From Candidatus Micrarchaeota archaeon (GTDB lineage: Archaea; Micrarchaeota; Micrarchaeia; Norongarragalinales; SBBD01), in assembly GCA_018819225.1 (NCBI GenBank), contig JAHJQN010000003.1, positions 128,001 to 192,000 on the forward strand: a DNA stretch of 64,000 nucleotides, written 5' to 3'. Below are positions 18,336 through 28,524 of the stretch, one piece after another (the first letter of the stretch is position 1; each line of letters starts with the position of its first letter). The translations under genes and the position numbers were made by a program. The notes under the pieces were generated by a model that worked only from the letters and a program-made list of their open reading frames with translations, did no database searches and was not told the origin of the DNA.

Positions 18336-18662
18336 AAAAAAAAGAGGCAGGGGGTCTTTGCAGACCCCCTATCATAATCAAACGAGTTAGTAACTCATCG
18401 TCGTTTACTCTTCGTTTTCTTGAGCCTTACCCTTTTTCTTTCCCATGCGATTCACCTCATCGGCGAGCATCCTTTGGCCTGGCTACCATTAGCTGAACGA
18501 CAAGCAGGCACATGTGTCTGGGCGGCGGCTCCTCCAGTAAACTTAACATCAGTTCATACGGTTTCGTTCCACGTTGTTTTCAGGCCGCCAATGTCCTCCC
18601 CAGCCCGGGACAGCCGACCGCCAAAGGCGCGCTCCCCGGATCCAGGCGCAGATCCCTTCCGC
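18336..18662 (-). ncRNA. Unassigned structured RNA candidate with a 13-aa micro-ORF (18405-18446) and a terminal hairpin/U-tract
   Basis: Several GC stems; AT-rich promoter-like block at 18681-18695; SD GAGGTGA; hairpin AGGGGGTC/GACCCCCT 18349-18370. Confidence 0.45.
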
Positions 18663-18784
18663 AATGCAGTTCCAACAACATAAAAATATATTAATCCAGA
18701 TCTTACCGTCACGTGGCTGCCTTCCCAGGAGCACATCAAAAGCTTTAAACCGTCAACGCCATTGAGTATACGCGAGGGGTAGTA

Positions 18785-20356
18785 TTGCTAACGAAAGCGA
18801 ACGCGATACGAATCGGTATAGCACTGGCGCTGATCATCGGCATTCTGCTGCGATTCAATTTCGTTCTCCTGCCCATGAACGACGAGGTGCTATACATTGC
18901 CGCATCCATGGAAAAATACAGTGATTTTGCTCCGACTAAAGAACTCAACGCGGAGCACCCGCCGCTCGCGAAAATGTTTTTCGGAATGGCGTGCGTCATG
19001 GCGCCATGCGATTCCCACGTCCTCCAATTCCATTACCGAAAGTATTACCCGCTGGCGGTTCCGCTCATGAGCGTGGCCGCTGAACTCGTTCCGGTCATGG
19101 AAGCCATGCGTCTAATCGCCCTGCTGTTCTCATTGCTGTTGGCCATAGTCATTTACTACTACGCGCGAAAAGAATACGGAAAAGAAGCCGCAGCCGTTCT
19201 GTTCGCTATGACGATGATCTCCCCCAACCTTATCCTCTACTCCAACGTCGTCATGCTCGACATGATCATGCTCTTCTTTTTCACGACAACCCTATTCTAC
19301 TACATTTACACGTACCGCCGAAACCGCTCCATGAAACACCTCGCGGCATTAATGTCGCTTTTGATTCTCACGCTCGGCACCAAACAATACTTGCCGTTGT
19401 TACTGCTCCCGATCATCGCAGCCATTGAACTCACCGAGTACAGGAAACGAAAAGAAACGGATTGGAGATTGGCGGGCGGATTGGCGGCAGGCGTATTCAT
19501 TTTCTTTTTAATCATTTACCCGTTTGAATTATTTTATTACCACTTGTTCAACCATTACCAAGGATCCACGCTATTGAGTGCGGGCATCAACCTCAGCCTC
19601 CTGCCCACGCTGCTGGCGAGAATCGAACTTCCGCTCCTCGTCCTTCTGGGCCTGACGGCGCATGCGGCGTATAAGGAAAAGGCGTTTAGGCCGGAAGAAA
19701 CCTTTCTGTTACTGGCCGCAGGCATCATCGCATTCGCATCGCTAAAATTCCCTCCCGAACTCAGTTCGTTCCGGTACGTGCTCACGTTTTACCCTCCGCT
19801 CATACTCGTATGTGGAAAGGGCTTGCAGGAAATGAATGCCCAAAAAATGAAAGGTGTCATGGCCCTGCTCGGCCTATCGTTCATCGTCGTGATGGCTCAC
19901 TACCCGTACTACGATGATTTCAAGGGACCGCTGGGATACGCGTGGAGACACGAGCCCGTGGAACGCACCCCCTATTTCGATGTGCTCGCGTACATAAACG
20001 ATCACCATCCCGAAGAACGCGTTCTGACAACGGATTTCTACGCGCTCCCGTATACGGAAAAACGCTTGGCCAACTTCCTCGACTATTTCCGCGCCAAAGA
20101 CTATTTGAATGAAAGCAATTGGATCGCGGAAGACGAGGAAACCGGACAGATCAGTTTCCGAACGAAATTCCAGGACTCGTTTTGCACGGACCCGCAAATC
20201 GCGTACGCGCACCTCAAACAAGATGGAATGCGCATCGTGGTGTATCGCATCAAGAACGACGCCTCGCTGTTCTCGTGCCCGGCACTCGAGTTCGTGCTCC
20301 AACGCATGGAAGTCGAATACTCGAACACGCACTTCGCGGTATTTCGAATTGATTGA
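18785..20356 (+). CDS. PMT/ArnT-like (GT-C) glycosyltransferase, third paralogue
   Basis: MNDEVLY, EHPPLAKM, NVVMLD, YPYYDD...PVERTP shared with the 8.1/9.6 kb genes. Confidence 0.8.
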   Translation: MLTKANAIRIGIALALIIGILLRFNFVLLPMNDEVLYIAASMEKYSDFAPTKELNAEHPPLAKMFFGMACVMAPCDSHVLQFHYRKYYPLAVPLMSVAAELVPVMEAMRLIALLFSLLLAIVIYYYARKEYGKEAAAVLFAMTMISPNLILYSNVVMLDMIMLFFFTTTLFYYIYTYRRNRSMKHLAALMSLLILTLGTKQYLPLLLLPIIAAIELTEYRKRKETDWRLAGGLAAGVFIFFLIIYPFELFYYHLFNHYQGSTLLSAGINLSLLPTLLARIELPLLVLLGLTAHAAYKEKAFRPEETFLLLAAGIIAFASLKFPPELSSFRYVLTFYPPLILVCGKGLQEMNAQKMKGVMALLGLSFIVVMAHYPYYDDFKGPLGYAWRHEPVERTPYFDVLAYINDHHPEERVLTTDFYALPYTEKRLANFLDYFRAKDYLNESNWIAEDEETGQISFRTKFQDSFCTDPQIAYAHLKQDGMRIVVYRIKNDASLFSCPALEFVLQRMEVEYSNTHFAVFRID

Positions 20357-20456
20357 AACCCGTCGGAAGCCGCCCATTGAGGCTTTAAAATCATTTTTAA
20401 GTTTCAACAGAATCATTTTATATGCTGACCAACGCATCACGTATCTGATTCATTAG

Positions 20457-20975
20457 GTGATGGACATGAAAGTAGGAGAAAAAGCCCCGCAATTCAATTT
20501 GGAAGCATACTCCAACGGAGAAATCAAAAAAGTATCCTCCAACGATTTCGAAGGGAAATGGCAAGTCCTGTTCTTTTACCCACGCGATTTCACGTTCGTC
20601 TGCCCCACGGAGCTGAAATCGTTGGCGACGCACCACACGGATTTTGAAAAAGAGGGTGCGCAAATTATCGGCGTCTCAACGGATAGCGCGCATTCTCATA
20701 AAGCGTGGTTCGAAAAAGACTTGCCGGAAGTGAAGTACCCGGTTCTCGCGGACACGGGACACCACCTCGCGCAGGAATATGAGATTCTCATCGAATCCGA
20801 CGGAACCGCTCTGCGAGGCGCGTTCATTATTGACCCGAAAGGCATTCTCCAGTACGCCGTCGTCTCCAACTTGAACGTCGGCCGATCCGTCAGCGAATTG
20901 CTGCGCGTCCTGAAAGCGCTGAAAACCGGGGGCTTGTGCCCCGTGGAATGGAAGCCAGGAGAAAAAACCCTCTGA
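20457..20975 (+). CDS. ahpC: Typical 2-Cys peroxiredoxin
   Basis: FYPRDFTFVCPTE, GRSVSE, LCPVEWKPG. Confidence 0.92.
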   Translation: MMDMKVGEKAPQFNLEAYSNGEIKKVSSNDFEGKWQVLFFYPRDFTFVCPTELKSLATHHTDFEKEGAQIIGVSTDSAHSHKAWFEKDLPEVKYPVLADTGHHLAQEYEILIESDGTALRGAFIIDPKGILQYAVVSNLNVGRSVSELLRVLKALKTGGLCPVEWKPGEKTL

Positions 20976-20977
20976 AA

Positions 20978-21334
20978 TCAAAATAAGGGAACCAGGAGGC
21001 CAACGGAGTAAGAAACGGTATTGGCTGCCACGGATAGAACAAGCGCATTTCGGAGTTTTAAGCGAAGCAAGTAGCTCAACAACAACGTTTCCGCGAGTGT
21101 GACGAGGACTTCACCAAATAGAATGTAATACGCGGAGTTGACGAACGGGGGAAGCACGAACCACAAATAGGGAAGCGTCAGCGTCGACGGAATAATGGCA
21201 GCGGCCAACCATTCGCGCGGTTTCCACGATGGCTTGATGCGGAACGCGTTCAGCTTCCAAAAAACCAGTAGGACGCCGGCCTCCAAAAATAGAGTAACGG
21301 CCAGCGCCTGCACGAACCGCACTTCCGGCAGCAT
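20978..21334 (-). CDS. Four-TM membrane protein
   Basis: Hydrophobic helices with intramembrane E/E/N residues; coupled to the upstream secreted protein. Confidence 0.7.
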   Translation of the reverse strand: MLPEVRFVQALAVTLFLEAGVLLVFWKLNAFRIKPSWKPREWLAAAIIPSTLTLPYLWFVLPPFVNSAYYILFGEVLVTLAETLLLSYLLRLKLRNALVLSVAANTVSYSVGLLVPLF

Positions 21335-21335
21335 G

Positions 21336-22061
21336 CTAACAACTCTGTCCGAACAATTGCTGGAAGAAGCACGCGATCCCGCTCACGAACGCAGTCAATG
21401 GATCCGTTACGTCGCCGACAGGACGTATCGAGAGCGTCGGAGTAACCGTCGCAAACCGTGTCGGCGTAGGAGATACCGGGCTTTCAGGAGTGGGCGTCAC
21501 ATCCTCGGGCGGAATCGGCGGCATGTCGTCATCATTGTATAAGGAGGGAACCGGGAGCACACCCGTATCGTCATTATAAGGGACGTCCGGCTCGAGAATG
21601 GAATCCGGGTTTACTTCCGCATTCGATAAGTCGAGTTTCAACTCGCATCGACGGGTTCGATCCAAGAAATTCTGGTTCGTGCATTTACTGAACTCCACGG
21701 GATTTTCTCCATACCGCTCAACGAGATACGTATTGGAGTTCATGGTGACATACGCATTGCAATAATCGACGTGGCGGTAGTTGAGATAATACGGTTCCTG
21801 AATCTCGCAGCCGTACCCGGAGCAGGAGGCAGTATAAGAGTATACTTCAACGGGGGAATACGTACCGGGAGCCTTAACTATTTCCGGACCAGGACTCCAA
21901 CGGTAACCGAAGCACTTGACCGAGTATTCCAGAGCGTCATCCACCGGAACCCCGTCGTTCTCAATGTAAACGGTAGTAATCGCAGGAGTGGTCACATCCG
22001 CATTAGCGAGAGGCACGAACGCCATCATGGCGAAAAGCAACATTGTGAAAACCGTTTTCAT
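21336..22061 (-). CDS. Secreted Cys-containing protein with a Pro/Thr-rich linker and C-terminal CFFQQLFGQSC
   Basis: Signal peptide ending ANA-D; PT-rich tail; amphipathic C-terminus. Confidence 0.75.
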   Translation of the reverse strand: MKTVFTMLLFAMMAFVPLANADVTTPAITTVYIENDGVPVDDALEYSVKCFGYRWSPGPEIVKAPGTYSPVEVYSYTASCSGYGCEIQEPYYLNYRHVDYCNAYVTMNSNTYLVERYGENPVEFSKCTNQNFLDRTRRCELKLDLSNAEVNPDSILEPDVPYNDDTGVLPVPSLYNDDDMPPIPPEDVTPTPESPVSPTPTRFATVTPTLSIRPVGDVTDPLTAFVSGIACFFQQLFGQSC

Positions 22062-22100
22062 GGAATCACCGAGTCCTTGAGAAAAGGGGTCGTTATAAGG

Positions 22101-22117
22101 TTAAGCATTTGGTTAAG
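22101..22117. promoter_or_regulatory. Third TTAAGCA-N5-TTAAG site
   Basis: TTAAGCATTTGGTTAAG abuts the TTATAA box upstream of the secreted-protein gene. Confidence 0.55.
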
Positions 22118-22157
22118 AAATTTGTTGAGAAACCAAAGCGATATATTCATCCACGCA

Positions 22158-22958
22158 ATGACGCATGCGATTCAACTGAAACAACGAAGCACCGTATTGA
22201 TTACAGGAGGAAGCCAAGGCATCGGAAGAGCAATGGCCGACGAGTTCGCAGCGCACGGATTCGATGTGGTGTTGGTGGCAAGGCACCAGGACATGCTTGA
22301 GAAAGCCAAAAACGAATTGGAAAACCGGTATCACACGCACGCGCATATTATTGCAATCGATTTAACCGCACCGGGAGCCGTAGAGAAAGTGTACAAGGAA
22401 ACCAAGCGCAAACGCATCCCAGTCGAAATTCTCGTCAATAACGCGGGATTCGGTTCGTGGGGATTGTTTCACGAAAACCGTTGGAAAATCGAAGCGAACG
22501 AATTGCAGTTGAACATCGTGGCGTTATCACATCTCACGCACGCGTACCTTCAAGACATGGTCAAAGCCAAGCACGGAAAAATATTGAACGTGTCCTCGAT
22601 AGTTGCTTTTCAGCCCGGGCCGTTCATGGCCGTATATTACGCGAGCAAAGCTTACGTCAACTCGTTCTCGGAAGCGCTATCGGAAGAGCTGAAGGGAACC
22701 GGAGTCACTGTCACTACATTATGCCCGGGAGCCACTCAAACCAAGTTTCATGAACGTGCGGGAGTGGATGCCCGCTCGATTCCTAAAGCGGCTTGGATGA
22801 GCGCGCAAGACGTCGCGGAAGCGGGATACGAAGGAATGATGAAAGGCAAACGCATCGTGATTCCAGGAAATAAAAACCAGGTCATGATTTGGCTATCGCG
22901 CATCACCCCCAAAAGCATTTTATTGAAAGCGGTACGGCGGTTTCAGGAGAATCGGTAA
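22158..22958 (+). CDS. Short-chain dehydrogenase/reductase
   Basis: TGGSQGIG, NNAG, YYASK; start placed at MTHAIQ. Confidence 0.9.
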   Translation: MTHAIQLKQRSTVLITGGSQGIGRAMADEFAAHGFDVVLVARHQDMLEKAKNELENRYHTHAHIIAIDLTAPGAVEKVYKETKRKRIPVEILVNNAGFGSWGLFHENRWKIEANELQLNIVALSHLTHAYLQDMVKAKHGKILNVSSIVAFQPGPFMAVYYASKAYVNSFSEALSEELKGTGVTVTTLCPGATQTKFHERAGVDARSIPKAAWMSAQDVAEAGYEGMMKGKRIVIPGNKNQVMIWLSRITPKSILLKAVRRFQENR

Positions 22959-23032
22959 AGCAATAGCGCGATATGTCGCGTGGGATAGGAACGCCAGAAG
23001 GCTTTTTTAAGGAGGAACGGAAACGTAAGTGT

Positions 23033-23128
23033 ATGCCGATCGTTATCGACGCCGGAACGCTCTTATTGTTCGCCGTGATCGCACTGGCTGCCATCGCATT
23101 AAACAGTCGAATGAATCGCCAGCACTAA
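23033..23128 (+). CDS. 31-aa single-TM micropeptide (MPIVIDAGTLLLFAVIALAAIALNSRMNRQH)
   Basis: Translated by hand; TTTTTTAA box ~23 nt upstream, consistent with a leaderless transcript. Confidence 0.5.
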   Translation: MPIVIDAGTLLLFAVIALAAIALNSRMNRQH

Positions 23129-23137
23129 CCCGCGGAA

Positions 23138-23236
23138 TTAAAAATAGGTTATCACGAAAGAGGCAAAGTAATACATGGCTAGAAGGATCGCGGCTAACAC
23201 CACGAATCCGCCCACTCGACCGTACAACATGACCAT
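23138..23236 (-). CDS. 32-aa single-TM micropeptide (MVMLYGRVGGFVVLAAILLAMYYFASFVITYF)
   Basis: Translated by hand; GAGGT SD-like sequence and TTAATAT box upstream. Confidence 0.5.
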   Translation of the reverse strand: MVMLYGRVGGFVVLAAILLAMYYFASFVITYF

Positions 23237-23355
23237 GACCTCGAGGAATCTTTTCTTGTTTGTGCACGTCAAATATTAAGCTTTCGAATCACGGGGAAAA
23301 CGATTTATAAGCAGGCGTCCCGTATGGCTTTCACCGGTGGAGGAGGTGAACGAAA

Positions 23356-23901
23356 ATGGATGGAAAGCACCTGCTCCTCGTAACCACGTTCTTCTTTCTC
23401 GGAACGTTTGCGGGATTCTTTGCTGCCGAAGGCAGCCTGCCACAGTACGGCCTCCACGGAAGCGTTCAACCCGTATTTTCTCCCGGGGCCGAGATCGCGA
23501 TGGTGCGCGCCCTCGCAAGCGCCGAGCGTTCAATTGATATTGAGTTATTTCAGTTTACTTACTCGGGTTTGAGGGAAGCGCTCGTGCTCGCGGTCGAACG
23601 CGGAGTCCACGTGCGCTTGATCCTGGATCCCAAAATCGATCGCAACTGGGCAACCGCCGAATTCCTGAAATCCAAAGGGGTTCGTGTTCGCTGGAGTTCG
23701 CAAGCATTTTATTATACGCATTCCAAGTATGCGGTGATGGATCAAAAAAAAGTGATGGTGGGAAGCACGAATTGGAGTTACAATGCCATGAAGCGCAATC
23801 GCGAAGCCGCCGTTATCATCGAGCAAGCCGAATTAGCGGAAGCATTCGAACGAATGTATGAAGCCGATTGGAATGACGCAGCCGAGGTGGAAACGCCTTG
23901 A
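23356..23901 (+). CDS. Phospholipase D/Nuc-like protein, single HKD, N-terminal membrane anchor
   Basis: HSKYAVMD...VGSTNWS...NRE. Confidence 0.85.
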   Translation: MDGKHLLLVTTFFFLGTFAGFFAAEGSLPQYGLHGSVQPVFSPGAEIAMVRALASAERSIDIELFQFTYSGLREALVLAVERGVHVRLILDPKIDRNWATAEFLKSKGVRVRWSSQAFYYTHSKYAVMDQKKVMVGSTNWSYNAMKRNREAAVIIEQAELAEAFERMYEADWNDAAEVETP

Positions 23902-24350
23902 AATTCGATTCCAAAAAACTGGTGATTCGAAAGGCCTCGAAAAACGAGTTGTACAGCATCACCGTGATGACGCGCGCGTTCTTCCCGTATACCGGCTTCA
24001 CGATGGACACGATCCAGAAACGTCTTCGGGACCCGCGCATTCACTACCTCGTCGCCTTGTACGAAAAGCATACTGTGGGATTCATTGACTGGAAAGACCA
24101 TCCCAAAAACCTGAAGATCATGGGGCTCGCGGTCCTGCAAGAGTTTCAACGCCGGCACATCGGAGAAAGGCTGTTGCAGGAAGCGCTCGCGCACGCGAAA
24201 AAAAAGAAAAAGAATCGCATCGTGTTACTGGTCAGCGCCACCAATCATGCCGCGGATGCGCTCTATCGAAAATACGCGTTCCGGAAAGTCGGAAAGCTCG
24301 CGAAACCCATTGGAGGGCAAGACGTGCTCTTGTACGAAAAAAATCTTTAG
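23898..24350 (+). CDS. GNAT acetyltransferase (RimI-like)
   Basis: LAVLQEFQRRHIG, N..A.ALYRKYAF. Confidence 0.85.
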   Translation: MKFDSKKLVIRKASKNELYSITVMTRAFFPYTGFTMDTIQKRLRDPRIHYLVALYEKHTVGFIDWKDHPKNLKIMGLAVLQEFQRRHIGERLLQEALAHAKKKKKNRIVLLVSATNHAADALYRKYAFRKVGKLAKPIGGQDVLLYEKNL

Positions 24351-24580
24351 CGCTTGCGTTTCTTCTCCAGATTCTCCTTCAGGTGAAACGCCATTTTCTT
24401 GAATGCGATCATGAACAAGAGACTGATGCCGGCCACAAAATAATTGAACATGCTCCACACGTAACCGAATCCGGCTTGCTGGAAGAAATAGCCTTTCACC
24501 AGAAAATAGAACGCGTTTGCGAGAAATAATGCCGCAACCATATACAACGCCAACACTTTCGGATTAAACAAATTAGGCAA
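24347..24580 (-). CDS. Small two-TM membrane protein
   Basis: Hydrophobic pattern; SD AGGTGA upstream of the TTG start. Confidence 0.6.
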   Translation of the reverse strand: MPNLFNPKVLALYMVAALFLANAFYFLVKGYFFQQAGFGYVWSMFNYFVAGISLLFMIAFKKMAFHLKENLEKKRKR

Positions 24581-24683
24581 GGGACATCACCTGACATCCA
24601 GCAAGGTATCCGCCCTTAAATAGCTTTTCAAACGCCTGAAAAGGAAGAAACGTATTTAAACGCAGATCGAAGTAATAGCAGCC

Positions 24684-25997
<1,314 letters not shown>

Positions 25998-26855
25998 TTA
26001 ACACGTCACGAGGAAGTCGAACAAGTTGTTGAGCGCGGTCTGCGAACGGATTTCTTCAGGCGGGAACGCCGTGTAAACCACCCAGCCCGCGTACTTGCGC
26101 GCGACAACGGCAGGACAAGGGCGTTCGAACGTGCAACTCTTCGTTCCGTACAAGGAATAAACGATCGTGGCCTCGGACACATCCGTGTTGACGATCGCTA
26201 CCTGTTTCGCGTCAATGGAAAACGAGGCATTCAAGCCTTGGGCCATCAAGGAATTGCGATCGCTGACTAATAATCGGACATCCGTGCCGTTTTCAATGCC
26301 TTGATAACTGACTTTAAGTAAACTCGACAGATCGCCGAAACCCTTGGTCGTGTTGATCTCTTTAACGAACCATTCGTAGTATCCCGGATCGCTTTCGTTA
26401 CGGTTTCGAGCATCCAACAAGTCCATGGGAGAAAGATAGTGCCGCGTGCCGGCGTCCGCCACCCAAATCACGCTGCCCCCGCGATCCAAGTACTGCATAA
26501 TCGCGTTCATTTGGTTTGGAGTAATGTCTTGCATGCGCTCGAATACCACGAGCTCGTAATTTTCAAGTATGGATGCGCTTAAAGCCGAATCCGGATAGGG
26601 TTCTAATAGGGTGTGTTGGCGCAAATTAGAGGTCAAGTTGAATAAAGCGGAAGGGTCGCCCGTACCGTTCGCACCGGATACGATCGCGACGCGGGAATTA
26701 CCCATGATGCCGCAGTACACGTTGCACCAGTCCCCCGGAACCTGCGAGCAATGAACCCACTTGAACTTCGTGACCACGACCAGCAATATGAGCAAGAGAA
26801 TTCCCAACACGAGAACGTGCGGAATCTCCTTCTTGAAATCATCCTCAAGACTCAT
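25998..26855 (-). CDS. Membrane-anchored extracellular hypothetical protein
   Basis: N-terminal TM, Cys pairs, YLDRGGSVIW (class I glutamine-amidotransferase-like stretch). Confidence 0.65.
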   Translation of the reverse strand: MSLEDDFKKEIPHVLVLGILLLILLVVVTKFKWVHCSQVPGDWCNVYCGIMGNSRVAIVSGANGTGDPSALFNLTSNLRQHTLLEPYPDSALSASILENYELVVFERMQDITPNQMNAIMQYLDRGGSVIWVADAGTRHYLSPMDLLDARNRNESDPGYYEWFVKEINTTKGFGDLSSLLKVSYQGIENGTDVRLLVSDRNSLMAQGLNASFSIDAKQVAIVNTDVSEATIVYSLYGTKSCTFERPCPAVVARKYAGWVVYTAFPPEEIRSQTALNNLFDFLVTC

Positions 26856-26930
26856 ATCAGTAATCAGAGGGATTAGGAGGGCGAACGGTATTTAAACGTT
26901 GGTTCCCTGAATGCCTCCAGTGAACCCATC

Positions 26931-27086
26931 ATGGCCGATCACCGCGTTGCCACACCCAGCAGCTCAACGGGAATCATTCGATTCTATGACGTCAAGAGCT
27001 CGAACGTTCAGATCGATCCACGCATCGTCATCGGTTTCGTAGCCGCGTTCATTGTCCTGGAACTCGCCATCCAAGTCGTTTTCTAA
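26931..27086 (+). CDS. secG: Preprotein translocase Sec61beta subunit
   Basis: Translated by hand: ...PSSSTGIIRFYD...QIDPRIVIGFVAAFIVLEL; below the ORF-track cutoff. Confidence 0.85.
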   Translation: MADHRVATPSSSTGIIRFYDVKSSNVQIDPRIVIGFVAAFIVLELAIQVVF

Positions 27087-27101
27087 CCGTGCAAACAATC
27101 T

Positions 27102-27422
27102 ATGGCTCGTCTCTTGAAAGGATTGGCCGCTAGCCTCGGCATAGCGCACGGTAAAGTTAAGATCATTGAATCCGCCGAAGACCACTTCAAGTTCCGGGAA
27201 GGGGACGTGCTCGTGACACGCATCACGGACCCGACCATGACCGTCCTCATGAACCGCGCAAGCGCTATTGTCTGCGATATCGGAGGATTGACCTCGCATC
27301 CGGCCATCGTGAGCCGGGAAATGGGGATTCCGTGCGTCGTGGCGACGAAAGAAGCCACGAAGAAATTGAAGGATGGAATGGAAGTAACCGTAAATGGAAC
27401 CACTGGCGAAGTGCATGGATGA
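27102..27422 (+). CDS. Stand-alone phospho-His swivel domain
   Basis: 106 aa, GLAASLG...IGGLTSHPAIVSREMGIPCVV. Confidence 0.85.
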   Translation: MARLLKGLAASLGIAHGKVKIIESAEDHFKFREGDVLVTRITDPTMTVLMNRASAIVCDIGGLTSHPAIVSREMGIPCVVATKEATKKLKDGMEVTVNGTTGEVHG

Positions 27423-28497
27423 ACTGCCTTGGATGGAAGAGTGGCTGGACTCGTTGGCTATTGGCATGGCGAACATGGACGAAGGCACGTGGGCCCCCTT
27501 CGATTGCTTTCAATTCTTTCCGTACGGCTCGGATTTGTGGCTCGAGAAATTGGGGCATGCGGAACGGCGATTGCAGGAGAAAGGCGTTTCGTATGAAGAC
27601 CTGGCGGACTTATTCCTAGGACCGTTAATGTTGCGAACGGAAATGCAGTTCGCGTTCTTCGACGTGAAAGCATCCGGTATCGAACGATCAAAGGGATTAG
27701 GCGTACTGGACTTTCTGCACAATATACTGAAAGCGAAGTGCGTAAAAGACGTGCCCGGATTTTATTCCTCGTGGGTGCACACCGAAAAGGAAATCCAAAC
27801 GATCGTGAAGCACACGCCTTGGAAAAAAGGATCGGCGGATATCGGGAGAGAAATCGGCAAGCTCATGAACTCATGCGCATCGCTCTCGTGGTCGTCGCAT
27901 TCGGATTACCATTACACTAATTTTTACGAGAACCACGGCCCGTACCCCATTGGAGAACACGTGCTGCTGGTGCGTCAGTTCCCGAACCTGAAACCCGTGG
28001 AGTTGTGGAAAGAAGCGGAGGGGTATGCGTACGATCGCATAACGATTTACACCATGTATCGAAAACAAGTTGAAATTCATTTGGATTGGGTGAATCATTT
28101 AACCGCAAAGCAATCGCTGCCTGAAAACCTGGCGAAATACGCTGTAAACATCAATGGGAAATGGAGCGATGTTAAACACACGCGGAAAGCGCGCGAAACC
28201 ATTGCGGAGACCGCGGCGGAACAGTTCGAACGCTTTTCGAACCTCCCATTTGAGGACGTGAAGCAGAAGATGCTGGAGATGAGAGGATATAATTTCAAAG
28301 AACTATTTGAAAAAGCGGGAATGGACTGGAAGCCCTCGCAAGAAATGCGCGAACGCGTGCGCGGAAAAGAGCTGTTACCGAAATACATGCCGGTATTGAA
28401 GAACGCGGAGGAAGGAAGGAAGTGGTGGAGACGGTTTTACGATTTGAATGACGCGTTCTTTCCGAGGCAGTTGAAAACCATCCGGTATAAACATTAA
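27415..28497 (+). CDS. Hypothetical protein translationally coupled to the stand-alone swivel domain
   Basis: ATGGATGA start/stop overlap; ENHGPY...LLVRQF..LKPVELW segment. Confidence 0.75.
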   Translation: MDELPWMEEWLDSLAIGMANMDEGTWAPFDCFQFFPYGSDLWLEKLGHAERRLQEKGVSYEDLADLFLGPLMLRTEMQFAFFDVKASGIERSKGLGVLDFLHNILKAKCVKDVPGFYSSWVHTEKEIQTIVKHTPWKKGSADIGREIGKLMNSCASLSWSSHSDYHYTNFYENHGPYPIGEHVLLVRQFPNLKPVELWKEAEGYAYDRITIYTMYRKQVEIHLDWVNHLTAKQSLPENLAKYAVNINGKWSDVKHTRKARETIAETAAEQFERFSNLPFEDVKQKMLEMRGYNFKELFEKAGMDWKPSQEMRERVRGKELLPKYMPVLKNAEEGRKWWRRFYDLNDAFFPRQLKTIRYKH

Positions 28498-28524
28498 TAA
28501 AATTTGGAATCCATACGGGCGATT

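Noticed and set aside
18336-18740. RNase P RNA, SRP RNA, tmRNA or hammerhead ribozyme
   Set aside because: No GAGGAAAGUCC/AAACAGAA P4 signatures, no complete SRP helix-8 motif, no tRNA-like ends, and the CUGA/GAAAC fragments do not form a hammerhead core. Kept only as an unassigned candidate.
20388-20422. AATCATTTT twice upstream of ahpC as a Fur/PerR-type box
   Set aside because: Short, AT-rich and overlapping the TATA region, with no cognate regulator in the window.
21771-22157. N-terminal extension of the SDR in the ORF track
   Set aside because: It overlaps the opposite-strand secreted-protein gene; the SDR fold starts after 22158.
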